Shown here in pieces: positions 55,673-64,000 of a stretch of DNA of 64,000 nucleotides; within the stretch, counting starts at the first letter, position 1, and every line of letters starts with the position of its first letter. The stretch is from the NCBI GenBank assembly GCA_945861535.1, contig CAMAUZ010000013.1:37944-101943 (forward strand). Direction: 5' to 3'. Below the pieces are notes generated by a model. The model saw only the letters and a list, made by a program, of their open reading frames with translations. It was not told the DNA's origin and did not search any database. This DNA is from Akkermansia muciniphila (GTDB lineage Bacteria > Verrucomicrobiota > Verrucomicrobiia > Limisphaerales > BJHT01). Position numbers and translations under genes: made by a program.

Positions 55673-57073
55673 ATGCTCATGAAACACCTCCGCCGCCTGC
55701 TTCTCCTGCTTTCGTGCCTTCCGTGGCTCACTCACGCCGCGCCGCCGAACCTCCTGCTCATCATCGCCGACGACTGCACCTATCGCGACCTCGGTGTGTA
55801 TGGCGGGCAGGCGAAGACGCCGCATCTCGAGCGACTCGCCGGCGAGGGCATGAAGTTCACCCGCTGCTTCCAGGCCGCGCCGATGTGCTCGCCCACGCGG
55901 CATTGCCTCTACACCGGGCTCTACCCCGTGAAATCCGGCGCGTATCCGAATCACACGATGGCCTACGACTGGGTGAAGAGCATCGCGCATTACCTCCAGG
56001 ACGCGGGCTACACCACTCACCTCTCCGGCAAGACGCACATCAATCCGAAGTCCGTCTTCCCCTTCCAATACAGCGGCGACAACAACCCCGACCCCGCCGC
56101 CTTTGACGCCGTGCTCAAGGGCAGCGCGCAGTCGGGAAAGCCGTTCCTCTTCATCGCCGCATCGAATGAGCCGCATTCGCCGTGGAACAAGGGCGACCCC
56201 TCGCAGTATCCGCCCGCGTCACTGAAGCTGCCGCCCGTGCTCGTGGATTCGCCCGACACGCGCGCGGACTTCGCGAAGTATCTCGCGGAGATCACCTTCT
56301 TCGACTCGCAGGTCGGCGAACTCGTCGGCCTGCTCGACCGCTCGCCGCTGCGCGACAACACGCTCGTGATCGTCTTGAGCGAGCAGGGCAACAGTTTCCC
56401 CTTCGCGAAATGGACCTGCTACGACGTGGGCCTCGCGAGCGGCTGCATCACGCGCTGGCCCGGCAAGGTGAAAGCCGGCTCGGTCAGCGACGCACTCATC
56501 GAGTATGTGGACGTGACGCCGACATTTCTCGAAGCGGCGGGCGTCGCGCGTCCGGCCATCCTCAACGGACGCAGCTTCGTCCCCGTGCTCACCGGCGCGG
56601 CGACGGCGCACAAGACGCACGTCTTCGGCTTGCAAACCACGCGCGGCATCATCAATGGCTCCGACCATTACGGCATCCGCTCCGTGCGCGACACGCGCTA
56701 CCGCTACATCCACAACCTCACGCCCGAAGTTAAATTTCAAAACGCCGCCACGAAAGAACCAACCTTCAAGACGTGGGAGAAGATGGCCGCCGCCGGCGAC
56801 GCCAACGCGCAACGGCTCGTCCACGATTACCAGCATCGCCCCGCCGAGGAACTCTTCGACTGCGAGGCCGATCCGTGGAACCGCACCAACCTCGCCACCG
56901 ACCCAAAGTTCGCCGCGCAACTCGCCTCCCTGCGCGCGCAACTCGATGGCTGGATGAAGCAGCAGGGCGACGCCGGTCAGGCGACCGAGATGAAAGCCCT
57001 CGAACGCATGCCGAAGAACAGCAAGAGCGACGAAACGCCGACCAAGAAAGCGAAGCAGAAAGCCGGGCAATGA
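55673..57073 (+). CDS. Sulfatase
   Basis: NLLLIIADDCTYRDLG, CSPTRHCLYTG and VIVLSEQG motifs, plus a signal peptide. Confidence 0.85.
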   Translation: MLMKHLRRLLLLLSCLPWLTHAAPPNLLLIIADDCTYRDLGVYGGQAKTPHLERLAGEGMKFTRCFQAAPMCSPTRHCLYTGLYPVKSGAYPNHTMAYDWVKSIAHYLQDAGYTTHLSGKTHINPKSVFPFQYSGDNNPDPAAFDAVLKGSAQSGKPFLFIAASNEPHSPWNKGDPSQYPPASLKLPPVLVDSPDTRADFAKYLAEITFFDSQVGELVGLLDRSPLRDNTLVIVLSEQGNSFPFAKWTCYDVGLASGCITRWPGKVKAGSVSDALIEYVDVTPTFLEAAGVARPAILNGRSFVPVLTGAATAHKTHVFGLQTTRGIINGSDHYGIRSVRDTRYRYIHNLTPEVKFQNAATKEPTFKTWEKMAAAGDANAQRLVHDYQHRPAEELFDCEADPWNRTNLATDPKFAAQLASLRAQLDGWMKQQGDAGQATEMKALERMPKNSKSDETPTKKAKQKAGQ

Positions 57074-59679
57074 AACTCAAACTCCTGCACCTATTCCTCC
57101 TCGCATCCTTCGCCACACTGGCCATGCCTGCGGCATTGTCCGCACAGAAAGACACCTGGCTCATTCGCATTGAGGCGGAAAGTTTTCAGCGCCAGACCCT
57201 CAGCGAAGTGCGGAAGTGGCACATCCTGCGCCAGGGCGTGGAGGGCGCGTCACATGTCGAGGGCGCGAGCGGCGCGGCTTACATTCAGGTGCTGCCGGAC
57301 ACGCGGAAGACGCACGATGACAAGCTCATCAAGGGCGAGAACTTCACCGACGAGCCCGGCGCGATGGCCGTGCTGAATTACAAGATCAAGGTCGCGGAGC
57401 CGGGGCGATATTTCGTGTGGGCGCGAACTTTTTCCCGCAACACCGAGGACAACGGACTGCACTTCGGCCTCGACGGTCAATGGCCGGAGAGCGGGCGGCG
57501 CTGGCAGACGGTGCGCAAGAACGGCTGGCACTGGGACTGCAAGCAGCGCACGGCCTCGGTGCATACTGGCGTGCCGATGCAGCTCTGGCTGGATGTGGAA
57601 AAGGCGGGGGAGCACGAGTTGTTGCTCTCCATGCGCGAGGACGGCGCGGCGGTGGATGAGATTATTTTGGCACGCGATGCGAAGTTTCGTCCGCCGGGGG
57701 TGGAGTATCGTCAGGAAGATTTGGGTCAGAAAAATCCGGAGAAGGCTGAGTCCGCGCGGAAGCCTGCTGAAAAGCTTCCTCTCCCCAATCTTTCTGAAGT
57801 AAGGCGCCAGCCCGACGGCACCGGTGCGGTCGCGGTGAGCGGCGAATTGAAACAATGGCACAAGGTCACCCTCACGCTCGACGGGCCATTCGCCCACGAG
57901 CGCGACACACAGCCGAATCCGTTCACGGATATCAGCCTGAACGTCACTTTCACGCACGAGAGCGGTGCGCCCTCGTATATCGTGCCGGGTTACTTCGCGG
58001 CGGATGGCAATGCCGCCGAATCCGGCGCGGAGAGCGGTACGAAGTGGCGCGCGCATCTTTCGTCCGACAAGCCTGGCAGGTGGAATTACTCAACTTCACT
58101 GCTGCGCGGGAAAAATGTCGCCTTCGATCCCGAGGCCGTGCGGTTGGCTTCACCCGGCTGGGGCAGGAGTGGTTCCTTCACCATCGCGACGAGCGACAAA
58201 ACCGGCCGCGATTTCCGCGCGAAGGGCCGCCTGCAATACGTCGGCAAGCATCACCTCCAGTTCGCCGGGACGAAGGAGTATTTCCTGAAAGCCGGCCCTG
58301 ACTCGCCGGAAACGCTGCTGGCCTACTCCGACTTTGACAACACGAGCACCGAGAAGCCTGACAAAGGTCCGCTCAAAACCTGGTCGCCTCACGCCGGTGA
58401 CTGGAAGGCAGGCGACCCGACGTGGCGCGACGGCAAGGGCAAGAATCTGATTGGCGCGCTGAACTACCTCGCCGGTAAAGGCGTGAATGCGTTCTCCTTT
58501 CTCACCTACAACGCCGCCGGTGACGGCGACAACGTCTGGCCGTTCATCGAGCGAAACCAGAAGCTGCACTACGACTGCTCGAAGCTCGATCAATGGGGCG
58601 TGGTCTTCGACCATGCGACGAAGCTCGGCCTCTATCTTCACTTCAAACTTCAGGAGAACGAATCCGACGACGAACGCCTCGGCATGAATCGCAAGCCCGG
58701 CAAGCTGCCCGAAGTGCTTGATGGCGGCAGGCTCGGCATCGAGCGGAAGCTGTATTGCCGCGAACTCATCGCCCGTTTTGGCCACGCGCTCGCTTTGAAC
58801 TGGAACATTGGCGAGGAGAACACGCAGAGCACCGAGGAAGTGCAGGACATGGTGAAGTATCTCCACGACACCGATCCCTACCGTCATCACATCGTGCTCC
58901 ACACCTTCCCGCCGGAGATGGAAAAAGTTTATCGACCACTCCTGGGCGACAAGTCGCTGCTCACTGGCGTGTCGATGCAGACCAGTTGGAAGCAGTCGCA
59001 CAAGAAGACCCTCCAGTGGCGTGCCGAATCCGCCGCCTCCGGTCGTGCGTGGGTCGTGGCGCACGACGAGCAAAATCCCGCCAGCCTCGGTGTTCCGCCC
59101 GACCCCGGCTACAAAGGGCACAGCGGCATTGCTGAAGACAGGAACCCCAAAGGAAAAGCGGGCGAAGGATTCGTGGCCTCGGCTGGCTACACGATGCACG
59201 ACGTTCGCAAACTGTGCCTCTGGGGCACGTTGATGGCCGGCGGCGCGGGTCTGGAATACTACTTCGGATATCAACTGCCCGAGAACGATCTCAACTGCGA
59301 AGACTTCCGCAGCCGCGACAGATCGTGGGACTACTGCCGCATCGCGCTCAATTTCTTCCGCGATGAAAAGATCCCGTTCGCCGAAATGAGCAACGCCAAC
59401 GCGCTCATCGGCAACATCCAAGATAACAACGACAAATACTGCTTCGCCAAACCCGGCGACCTCTACCTCGTCTATCTCCCCACCGGCGGCACCACCGATC
59501 TCGACCTCTCTGACGCCACGGAAACCTTCACCGTGAAATGGTTCAACCCGCGCGAAGGCGGCATGCCGACCGTCGCGGGCGCGGCCTCACTCCACGGGGG
59601 CAGCAGAGCAAACCTCACCGCTCCTTCCACCGATGACTGGCTCGCAGTGATTACCAAGGCGGCAGCTTCCACGAAGTAA
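57070..59679 (+). CDS. Secreted glycoside hydrolase-like protein: N-terminal CBM-like domain + DUF5060 + GH5-like/DUF4038-like TIM barrel
   Basis: ATGA overlap with the upstream sulfatase stop. Signal MKLKLLHLFLLASFATLAMPAALSA. DUF5060-type block GELKQWHKVTLTLDGP...VPGYFAADGNAAESGAESGTKWRAH. Confidence 0.6.
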   Translation: MKLKLLHLFLLASFATLAMPAALSAQKDTWLIRIEAESFQRQTLSEVRKWHILRQGVEGASHVEGASGAAYIQVLPDTRKTHDDKLIKGENFTDEPGAMAVLNYKIKVAEPGRYFVWARTFSRNTEDNGLHFGLDGQWPESGRRWQTVRKNGWHWDCKQRTASVHTGVPMQLWLDVEKAGEHELLLSMREDGAAVDEIILARDAKFRPPGVEYRQEDLGQKNPEKAESARKPAEKLPLPNLSEVRRQPDGTGAVAVSGELKQWHKVTLTLDGPFAHERDTQPNPFTDISLNVTFTHESGAPSYIVPGYFAADGNAAESGAESGTKWRAHLSSDKPGRWNYSTSLLRGKNVAFDPEAVRLASPGWGRSGSFTIATSDKTGRDFRAKGRLQYVGKHHLQFAGTKEYFLKAGPDSPETLLAYSDFDNTSTEKPDKGPLKTWSPHAGDWKAGDPTWRDGKGKNLIGALNYLAGKGVNAFSFLTYNAAGDGDNVWPFIERNQKLHYDCSKLDQWGVVFDHATKLGLYLHFKLQENESDDERLGMNRKPGKLPEVLDGGRLGIERKLYCRELIARFGHALALNWNIGEENTQSTEEVQDMVKYLHDTDPYRHHIVLHTFPPEMEKVYRPLLGDKSLLTGVSMQTSWKQSHKKTLQWRAESAASGRAWVVAHDEQNPASLGVPPDPGYKGHSGIAEDRNPKGKAGEGFVASAGYTMHDVRKLCLWGTLMAGGAGLEYYFGYQLPENDLNCEDFRSRDRSWDYCRIALNFFRDEKIPFAEMSNANALIGNIQDNNDKYCFAKPGDLYLVYLPTGGTTDLDLSDATETFTVKWFNPREGGMPTVAGAASLHGGSRANLTAPSTDDWLAVITKAAASTK

Positions 59680-59717
59680 CCCCCCCCTTCCAACCTGTGA
59701 AACCATTTCCTTTGATT

Positions 59718-61949
59718 ATGCAATTCCTCGCTCGCCCGGCAGCTTGCTTTGCGTCCCTGATTCTCCTCATCGCGGTTCCTGCGATGGCGGCAAACCGCGA
59801 ACTGTCCGTCAATGCGGACGCTGGCGGGCCTGGGAAGTTTGCCGCAGAGGAAATCCGCCGTGAGGCCAGGGCAAAAGGCATGGCATTGGTCGATGACGCG
59901 CAAGCGGCTCGCATCGCCATCAGCGTGGAAATGGACAGCAAAGCCGCTGCGCAGAGTTACAGCATTCGTGTGCAGAACGAGGGTGGCCGTCGCGTCATCA
60001 AGGTGAGAGGGGGTGATGCCACGGGTGCGATGTATGGCGGTCTGGACATCGCGGAGGCGATTCGCACGGGAACGTTCGCCACGTTGAAGAACTCCGACCA
60101 CCGGCCGCACATCGCCAAGCGCGGCATCAAGTTCAACATCCCGCTCGATCTGCGCACCCCGAGCTACACCGACTCCTCCGACGCGGCGCAGGCGAACATT
60201 CCGGAGGTGTGGGATCGCGATTTCTGGACGGCGTATCTCGATGCGATGGCGCGTCATCGCTACAATGTGCTTTCGCTTTGGAGCCTGCATCCGTTCCCCT
60301 CGATGGTGAAGGTGCCGGAGTTCCCCGAGGTCGCGCTGGTTGATGTCTGGCGCACCAAGGCAAAGCTCGATGACTCCTTCAGCTTCTCCGGCAAAGGCTT
60401 TGTCCGCGAGAAAATGCTCGCCGATCACGAGGTGGTGAAACGCATCACCATGGATGAAAAGATCGCGTTCTGGCGCTGGGTCATGCAGCAAGCCGCTGAT
60501 CGTGGCATCCAAGTCTATGTCTTCACCTGGAACGTCTTCACCTATGGTGCCGACGGCAAGCACGGCATCACGGACGATCTCGGCAACGACACGACGAAGA
60601 AGTATTTTCGCGCGAGCGTGCGCGAGATGGTGAAGACCTATCCGCTGCTCGCCGGCATGGGCATCACGGCCGGCGAAGGGATGCCTCACGACATGGACTC
60701 CAAAGTGAAGGAAGCGTGGCTCGCCGCGACCTACGGCGAGGGCGTGCGCGATGCGCTCAAGGACGAACCGAAGCGCGAATTCCGCATGATCCATCGCTTC
60801 CACTGGACCGCGCAGGGCGACATCCTCGACGCCTTCAAGGACTACCCGGGGCCGTTCGACTTCAGCTTCAAGTATTCGGTCGCGCACATGTATTCGATCA
60901 CGAAGCCGCCCTTCATCCAACCGCTGCTGGAGGGCCTCGCGCCCGGTCGCAAAACGTGGCTCACCGTCCGCAACGACGACATCTACACCTTCCGCTTTGG
61001 CGACCCCGCCTACGCCCGCGAATACATCGCGAACATCCCGCCGGCGGACAAAATCGCCGGCTTCTACATGGGACCGGACGGCTATACGTGGGGCCGCGAT
61101 TTTCTGGAGCGAAACCCCGCGCCCGGCCCGCGTCCGCTGGTGATGGAGAAGCAGTGGTATTCCTTCGTGCTCTGGGGGCGGCTGGCCTACGATCCTTCGC
61201 TGCCGGACTCACGCTTCGAGCGCGCCCTTGCCGCACGGCATCCCACCGCACCGTCGCCGCAGCTTTTCCGCGCGCTGCAAGGCGCGTCGCAGGTGATGCC
61301 GCTCACCACGCGCTTCTTCTGGGGCGACATTGATTTGAAGTGGTTCCCCGAAGCCTGCTGGAGCCATCCGCGGCGCAAAGGCGGTGACGGTGGCTTCTAC
61401 ACCGTGCGGCATTTCATGGAAGGCAGCGCCATGCCCGGCGCGAACGTGCTGAACATCCGCGAATGGCGCACACGCCTCACCAAGCGCCAGCCGATGACGG
61501 AAACCACCCCGCTCGAAATCGCGGACGCCCTCGACGGCGCGGCGGCGCAGACCTTCACGGCGCTCGAAAAACTCCGCGCCCCCGCGAAGCAGGACACCGA
61601 ATTGCAAAAAACCGTGAACGACTGCGAATCACTCGCCCACCTCGGCCGCTACTACGCCGCCAAGACTCGCGGCGCCTGCGCCCTCGCCCTCTTCGACTCC
61701 AACGCCGATCAGCACGAGCACACCGCCGCGCTCCGCCACCTCGACGACGCCCTCGCCCATTGGAAAAACTACGCCGCCCTCCGCGACGCCCACTACGTCC
61801 CCGCTCTCTACAACCGCCTCGGCTACGTGGACATCACCGCATTGACCAAGAAAGCCGCCGCCGACATCGCGATCGCCCGCGACTGGAAACCAGGCACGCT
61901 CAAAGGCGACGGCAAACGTTCCGGCACCGAGAAAGGTTTTCGGGAATAG
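59718..61949 (+). CDS. Secreted putative glycoside hydrolase (family not assignable by eye)
   Basis: Signal MQFLARPAACFASLILLIAVPAMAA; the GTG at 59697 is an alternative start. The long ORF has coding-like composition and sits between sulfatase genes. Confidence 0.45.
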   Translation: MQFLARPAACFASLILLIAVPAMAANRELSVNADAGGPGKFAAEEIRREARAKGMALVDDAQAARIAISVEMDSKAAAQSYSIRVQNEGGRRVIKVRGGDATGAMYGGLDIAEAIRTGTFATLKNSDHRPHIAKRGIKFNIPLDLRTPSYTDSSDAAQANIPEVWDRDFWTAYLDAMARHRYNVLSLWSLHPFPSMVKVPEFPEVALVDVWRTKAKLDDSFSFSGKGFVREKMLADHEVVKRITMDEKIAFWRWVMQQAADRGIQVYVFTWNVFTYGADGKHGITDDLGNDTTKKYFRASVREMVKTYPLLAGMGITAGEGMPHDMDSKVKEAWLAATYGEGVRDALKDEPKREFRMIHRFHWTAQGDILDAFKDYPGPFDFSFKYSVAHMYSITKPPFIQPLLEGLAPGRKTWLTVRNDDIYTFRFGDPAYAREYIANIPPADKIAGFYMGPDGYTWGRDFLERNPAPGPRPLVMEKQWYSFVLWGRLAYDPSLPDSRFERALAARHPTAPSPQLFRALQGASQVMPLTTRFFWGDIDLKWFPEACWSHPRRKGGDGGFYTVRHFMEGSAMPGANVLNIREWRTRLTKRQPMTETTPLEIADALDGAAAQTFTALEKLRAPAKQDTELQKTVNDCESLAHLGRYYAAKTRGACALALFDSNADQHEHTAALRHLDDALAHWKNYAALRDAHYVPALYNRLGYVDITALTKKAAADIAIARDWKPGTLKGDGKRSGTEKGFRE

Positions 61950-61987
61950 CTCCCCCTCCGCAGACAACTCCCGGAACAACGGACACT

Positions 61988-63607
61988 ATGATCTCAAAAT
62001 GGCGGAACTGGATGGGCGTCCTGGGGGTGCTCCACGCGTGCGTGGCGCCTGCGGCAGAAGAAAAGCCGAACCTCGTCATCATCCTCGTGGACGACATGGG
62101 CTGGTCAGATATCGGCTGTTACGGCTCGGAGATTCCCACGCCGAACCTCGACGCACTGGCAAAGAACGGCGTCCGCTTCACACAGTTCTACAACACCGGA
62201 CGCTGCTCGCCCACGCACGCCTCGCTGCTTACGGGGCATTACCCGCATCAGGCGGGCATGGGTCACCTCGATGGCACCTTCAAGCCCGGCCATCCCGGCT
62301 TTCAGGCGAAGCTCGCCGACACGAGCGTGACGATGGCCGAGGTGCTCAAGGACGCGGGATACTTCACCGCCATGACGGGCAAATGGCATCTCGGCCAGCA
62401 GCGCGGCACGCCGCCGTGGGAGCGCGGCTTCACGCGCAGCCTCAACCTCGCGGCGGGCGGCGTGTTCTTCCACAATCAGACCGGGAGCAAGGGCGGCGCG
62501 AAGCTCTATCTCAACGGCGCGGAGAAGGCGCTCAATGACCCGCTTTTCGGCGAATGGTATGGCACCGACCTGTGGACCGAATGGGGACTGAGATTCATCG
62601 ACGAGGCGCGCGCGAAAAAGAAGCCGTTCTTCCTCTACCTCGCGCATTGTGCGCCGCATTTCCCGCTCATGGCACCAGAGGCGGACATCGCCAAGTTCCG
62701 CGGGAAATACATGGCCGGCTGGGACAAACGACACCGCCGCCAAATCGCGATGGGCCTCGCGGACGCGAAATGGCCGCTCACGCCGCGCGCCGGTAATTCG
62801 CCCGCGTGGGACGCGGTGCCGCCCGCCGAACAGAAACGCTTCGACGACATCATGGCGATTTACGCCGCGATGATTCACGCGCTGGACCGCAGCGTGGGCG
62901 CGCTGGTCAGCGGCCTCAAGCAGCGCGGCGCGTTGGACAACACGCTCATCCTTTTCCTCAGCGACAACGGCGGCAACGCCGAGTCCGGCCCGAATGGAAA
63001 ATACGAGGGCAGCCATCCCGGCGACGCGCACTCGAATGTCTTCCTCGGGCAGAACTGGGCGACGCTGAACAACACGCCGTTCCGCCGGTGGAAGCACTAC
63101 GTCCACGAAGGCGGCAGCGCGACGCCGCTCATCGCGCATTGGCCGACGGGCATCGCGCCGTCGCTCAACGACACGCTCAATCACCAACCCGGCCATCTCA
63201 TTGACGTGATGCCGACGGTGGCGGCACTCGCCGGCGCGAAGTATCCGGCCACCTTCCACGGCAAGACGATCGAGCCGCTGGAAGGCGTGAGCCTCGCGCC
63301 CGCCGTCGCCGGTCGGCCGCTCGGGCGGCCGCAGCCCATCTTCTGCAATCACGAGGACAACCGCGCCGTGCGCGACGGCCGCTGGAAGCTCGTCGCCCTC
63401 GCGGGCCAGCCGTGGGAACTCTACGACCTCGAAGCCGACCGCACCGAACTGCACGACCTCGCCGCGCGGCAGTCCGAGCGCGTCGCCGCCATGTCCGCGC
63501 AATACGACGCGTGGGCGAAGCGCACGCGCGTCGTCGTCAAGGGTGCGGAAGAAACCACGCCCAAGGCCGAAGGCAAGGGGCGCAAAAAGAAGGCCGCCAT
63601 CCAATAA
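61988..63607 (+). CDS. Sulfatase with an atypical CSPTH signature (Arg replaced by His)
   Basis: NLVIILVDDMGWSDIG, RCSPTHASLLTGHYP and LFLSDNGG motifs. The ATG at 61988 gives a signal peptide. Confidence 0.8.
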   Translation: MISKWRNWMGVLGVLHACVAPAAEEKPNLVIILVDDMGWSDIGCYGSEIPTPNLDALAKNGVRFTQFYNTGRCSPTHASLLTGHYPHQAGMGHLDGTFKPGHPGFQAKLADTSVTMAEVLKDAGYFTAMTGKWHLGQQRGTPPWERGFTRSLNLAAGGVFFHNQTGSKGGAKLYLNGAEKALNDPLFGEWYGTDLWTEWGLRFIDEARAKKKPFFLYLAHCAPHFPLMAPEADIAKFRGKYMAGWDKRHRRQIAMGLADAKWPLTPRAGNSPAWDAVPPAEQKRFDDIMAIYAAMIHALDRSVGALVSGLKQRGALDNTLILFLSDNGGNAESGPNGKYEGSHPGDAHSNVFLGQNWATLNNTPFRRWKHYVHEGGSATPLIAHWPTGIAPSLNDTLNHQPGHLIDVMPTVAALAGAKYPATFHGKTIEPLEGVSLAPAVAGRPLGRPQPIFCNHEDNRAVRDGRWKLVALAGQPWELYDLEADRTELHDLAARQSERVAAMSAQYDAWAKRTRVVVKGAEETTPKAEGKGRKKKAAIQ

Positions 63608-63615
63608 GTCTCACC

Positions 63616-64000
63616 ATGAAACTCGCCTTCAACCTCTTCTTTTCATTTGCTCTCACCGCCTCGGCTTTTGCGGCAGCGCAGAAGCCGAACATCATCGTCA
63701 TCATTTCCGACGACCTCACGACCACCGCGCTCTCGTGCTATGGCAACACGATTTGCCAGACGCCGAACATCGACCGACTCGCCGCGCAAGGGACAAGATT
63801 TACGCGCGCCTTCTGCCAGGGCACTTACTGCGGACCTTCGCGCGCGTCATTCATGTCGGGCTACTATCCGCATGCGACGGGCGTGCTCGGCTACACCAGT
63901 CCGCGGCCAGCCATCGGCGACCGCGCGACGTGGGCGCAGCATTTCAAGAACACCGGCTACTACACCGCGCGGGTCAGCAAGATTTTCCACATGGGCGTGC
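63616..64000 (+). CDS. Sulfatase, 3'-truncated by window edge
   Basis: MKLAFNLFFSFALTASAFA signal. NIIVIISDDL and CGPSRASFMSGYYP motifs. The ORF is open to the end of the window. Confidence 0.8.
   Translation, partial: MKLAFNLFFSFALTASAFAAAQKPNIIVIISDDLTTTALSCYGNTICQTPNIDRLAAQGTRFTRAFCQGTYCGPSRASFMSGYYPHATGVLGYTSPRPAIGDRATWAQHFKNTGYYTARVSKIFHMGV

Overview
High-GC (about 60-65%) window. The gene content points to the PVC superphylum, either Verrucomicrobiota or Planctomycetota. The markers are five DUF1592/DUF1588 + DUF1552 gene pairs, a DUF1559 (H-X9-DG) pseudopilin, a PVC-type heme-binding dehydrogenase and many sulfatases. All of the roughly 50 credible genes lie on the + strand. I found no rRNA, tRNA or CRISPR array. 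In order, the window contains: a beta-helix protein (5' partial); a Sel1-repeat/C39-peptidase fusion; a sialate-O-acetylesterase-like esterase; three tandem DUF1592-family -> DUF1552 pairs; an amidohydrolase; an ECF sigma/anti-sigma pair followed by a large multidomain surface protein; a pseudopilin; two DUF1552 -> DUF1592 pairs in reversed order, interleaved with PhoD-like phosphatases; an FAD oxidoreductase; a PVC dehydrogenase; a beta-helix glycoside hydrolase; an eight-gene periplasmic nitrate reductase (nap) operon; and a sulfatase/glycoside-hydrolase cluster. Main observations: (1) An unannotated family of about 75-bp near-perfect palindromes has six copies plus one degenerate copy, all at gene boundaries. 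In three genes the element supplies the start codon and the whole signal peptide, and the loop codons vary mostly synonymously. (2) The nap operon lacks a recognisable NapC or NapGH. It carries instead a tetraheme cytochrome c plus NrfC/NrfD-type subunits, a tandem-duplicated membrane-anchored NapB, and an unknown translationally coupled 111-aa ORF. (3) Gene decay is widespread. Single in-frame stops interrupt two otherwise intact long genes, and there are several sulfatase, DUF1080 and esterase fragments. (4) One sulfatase has its CxPxR motif changed to CSPTH. All functional calls rest on motif recognition by eye; no database searches were run.
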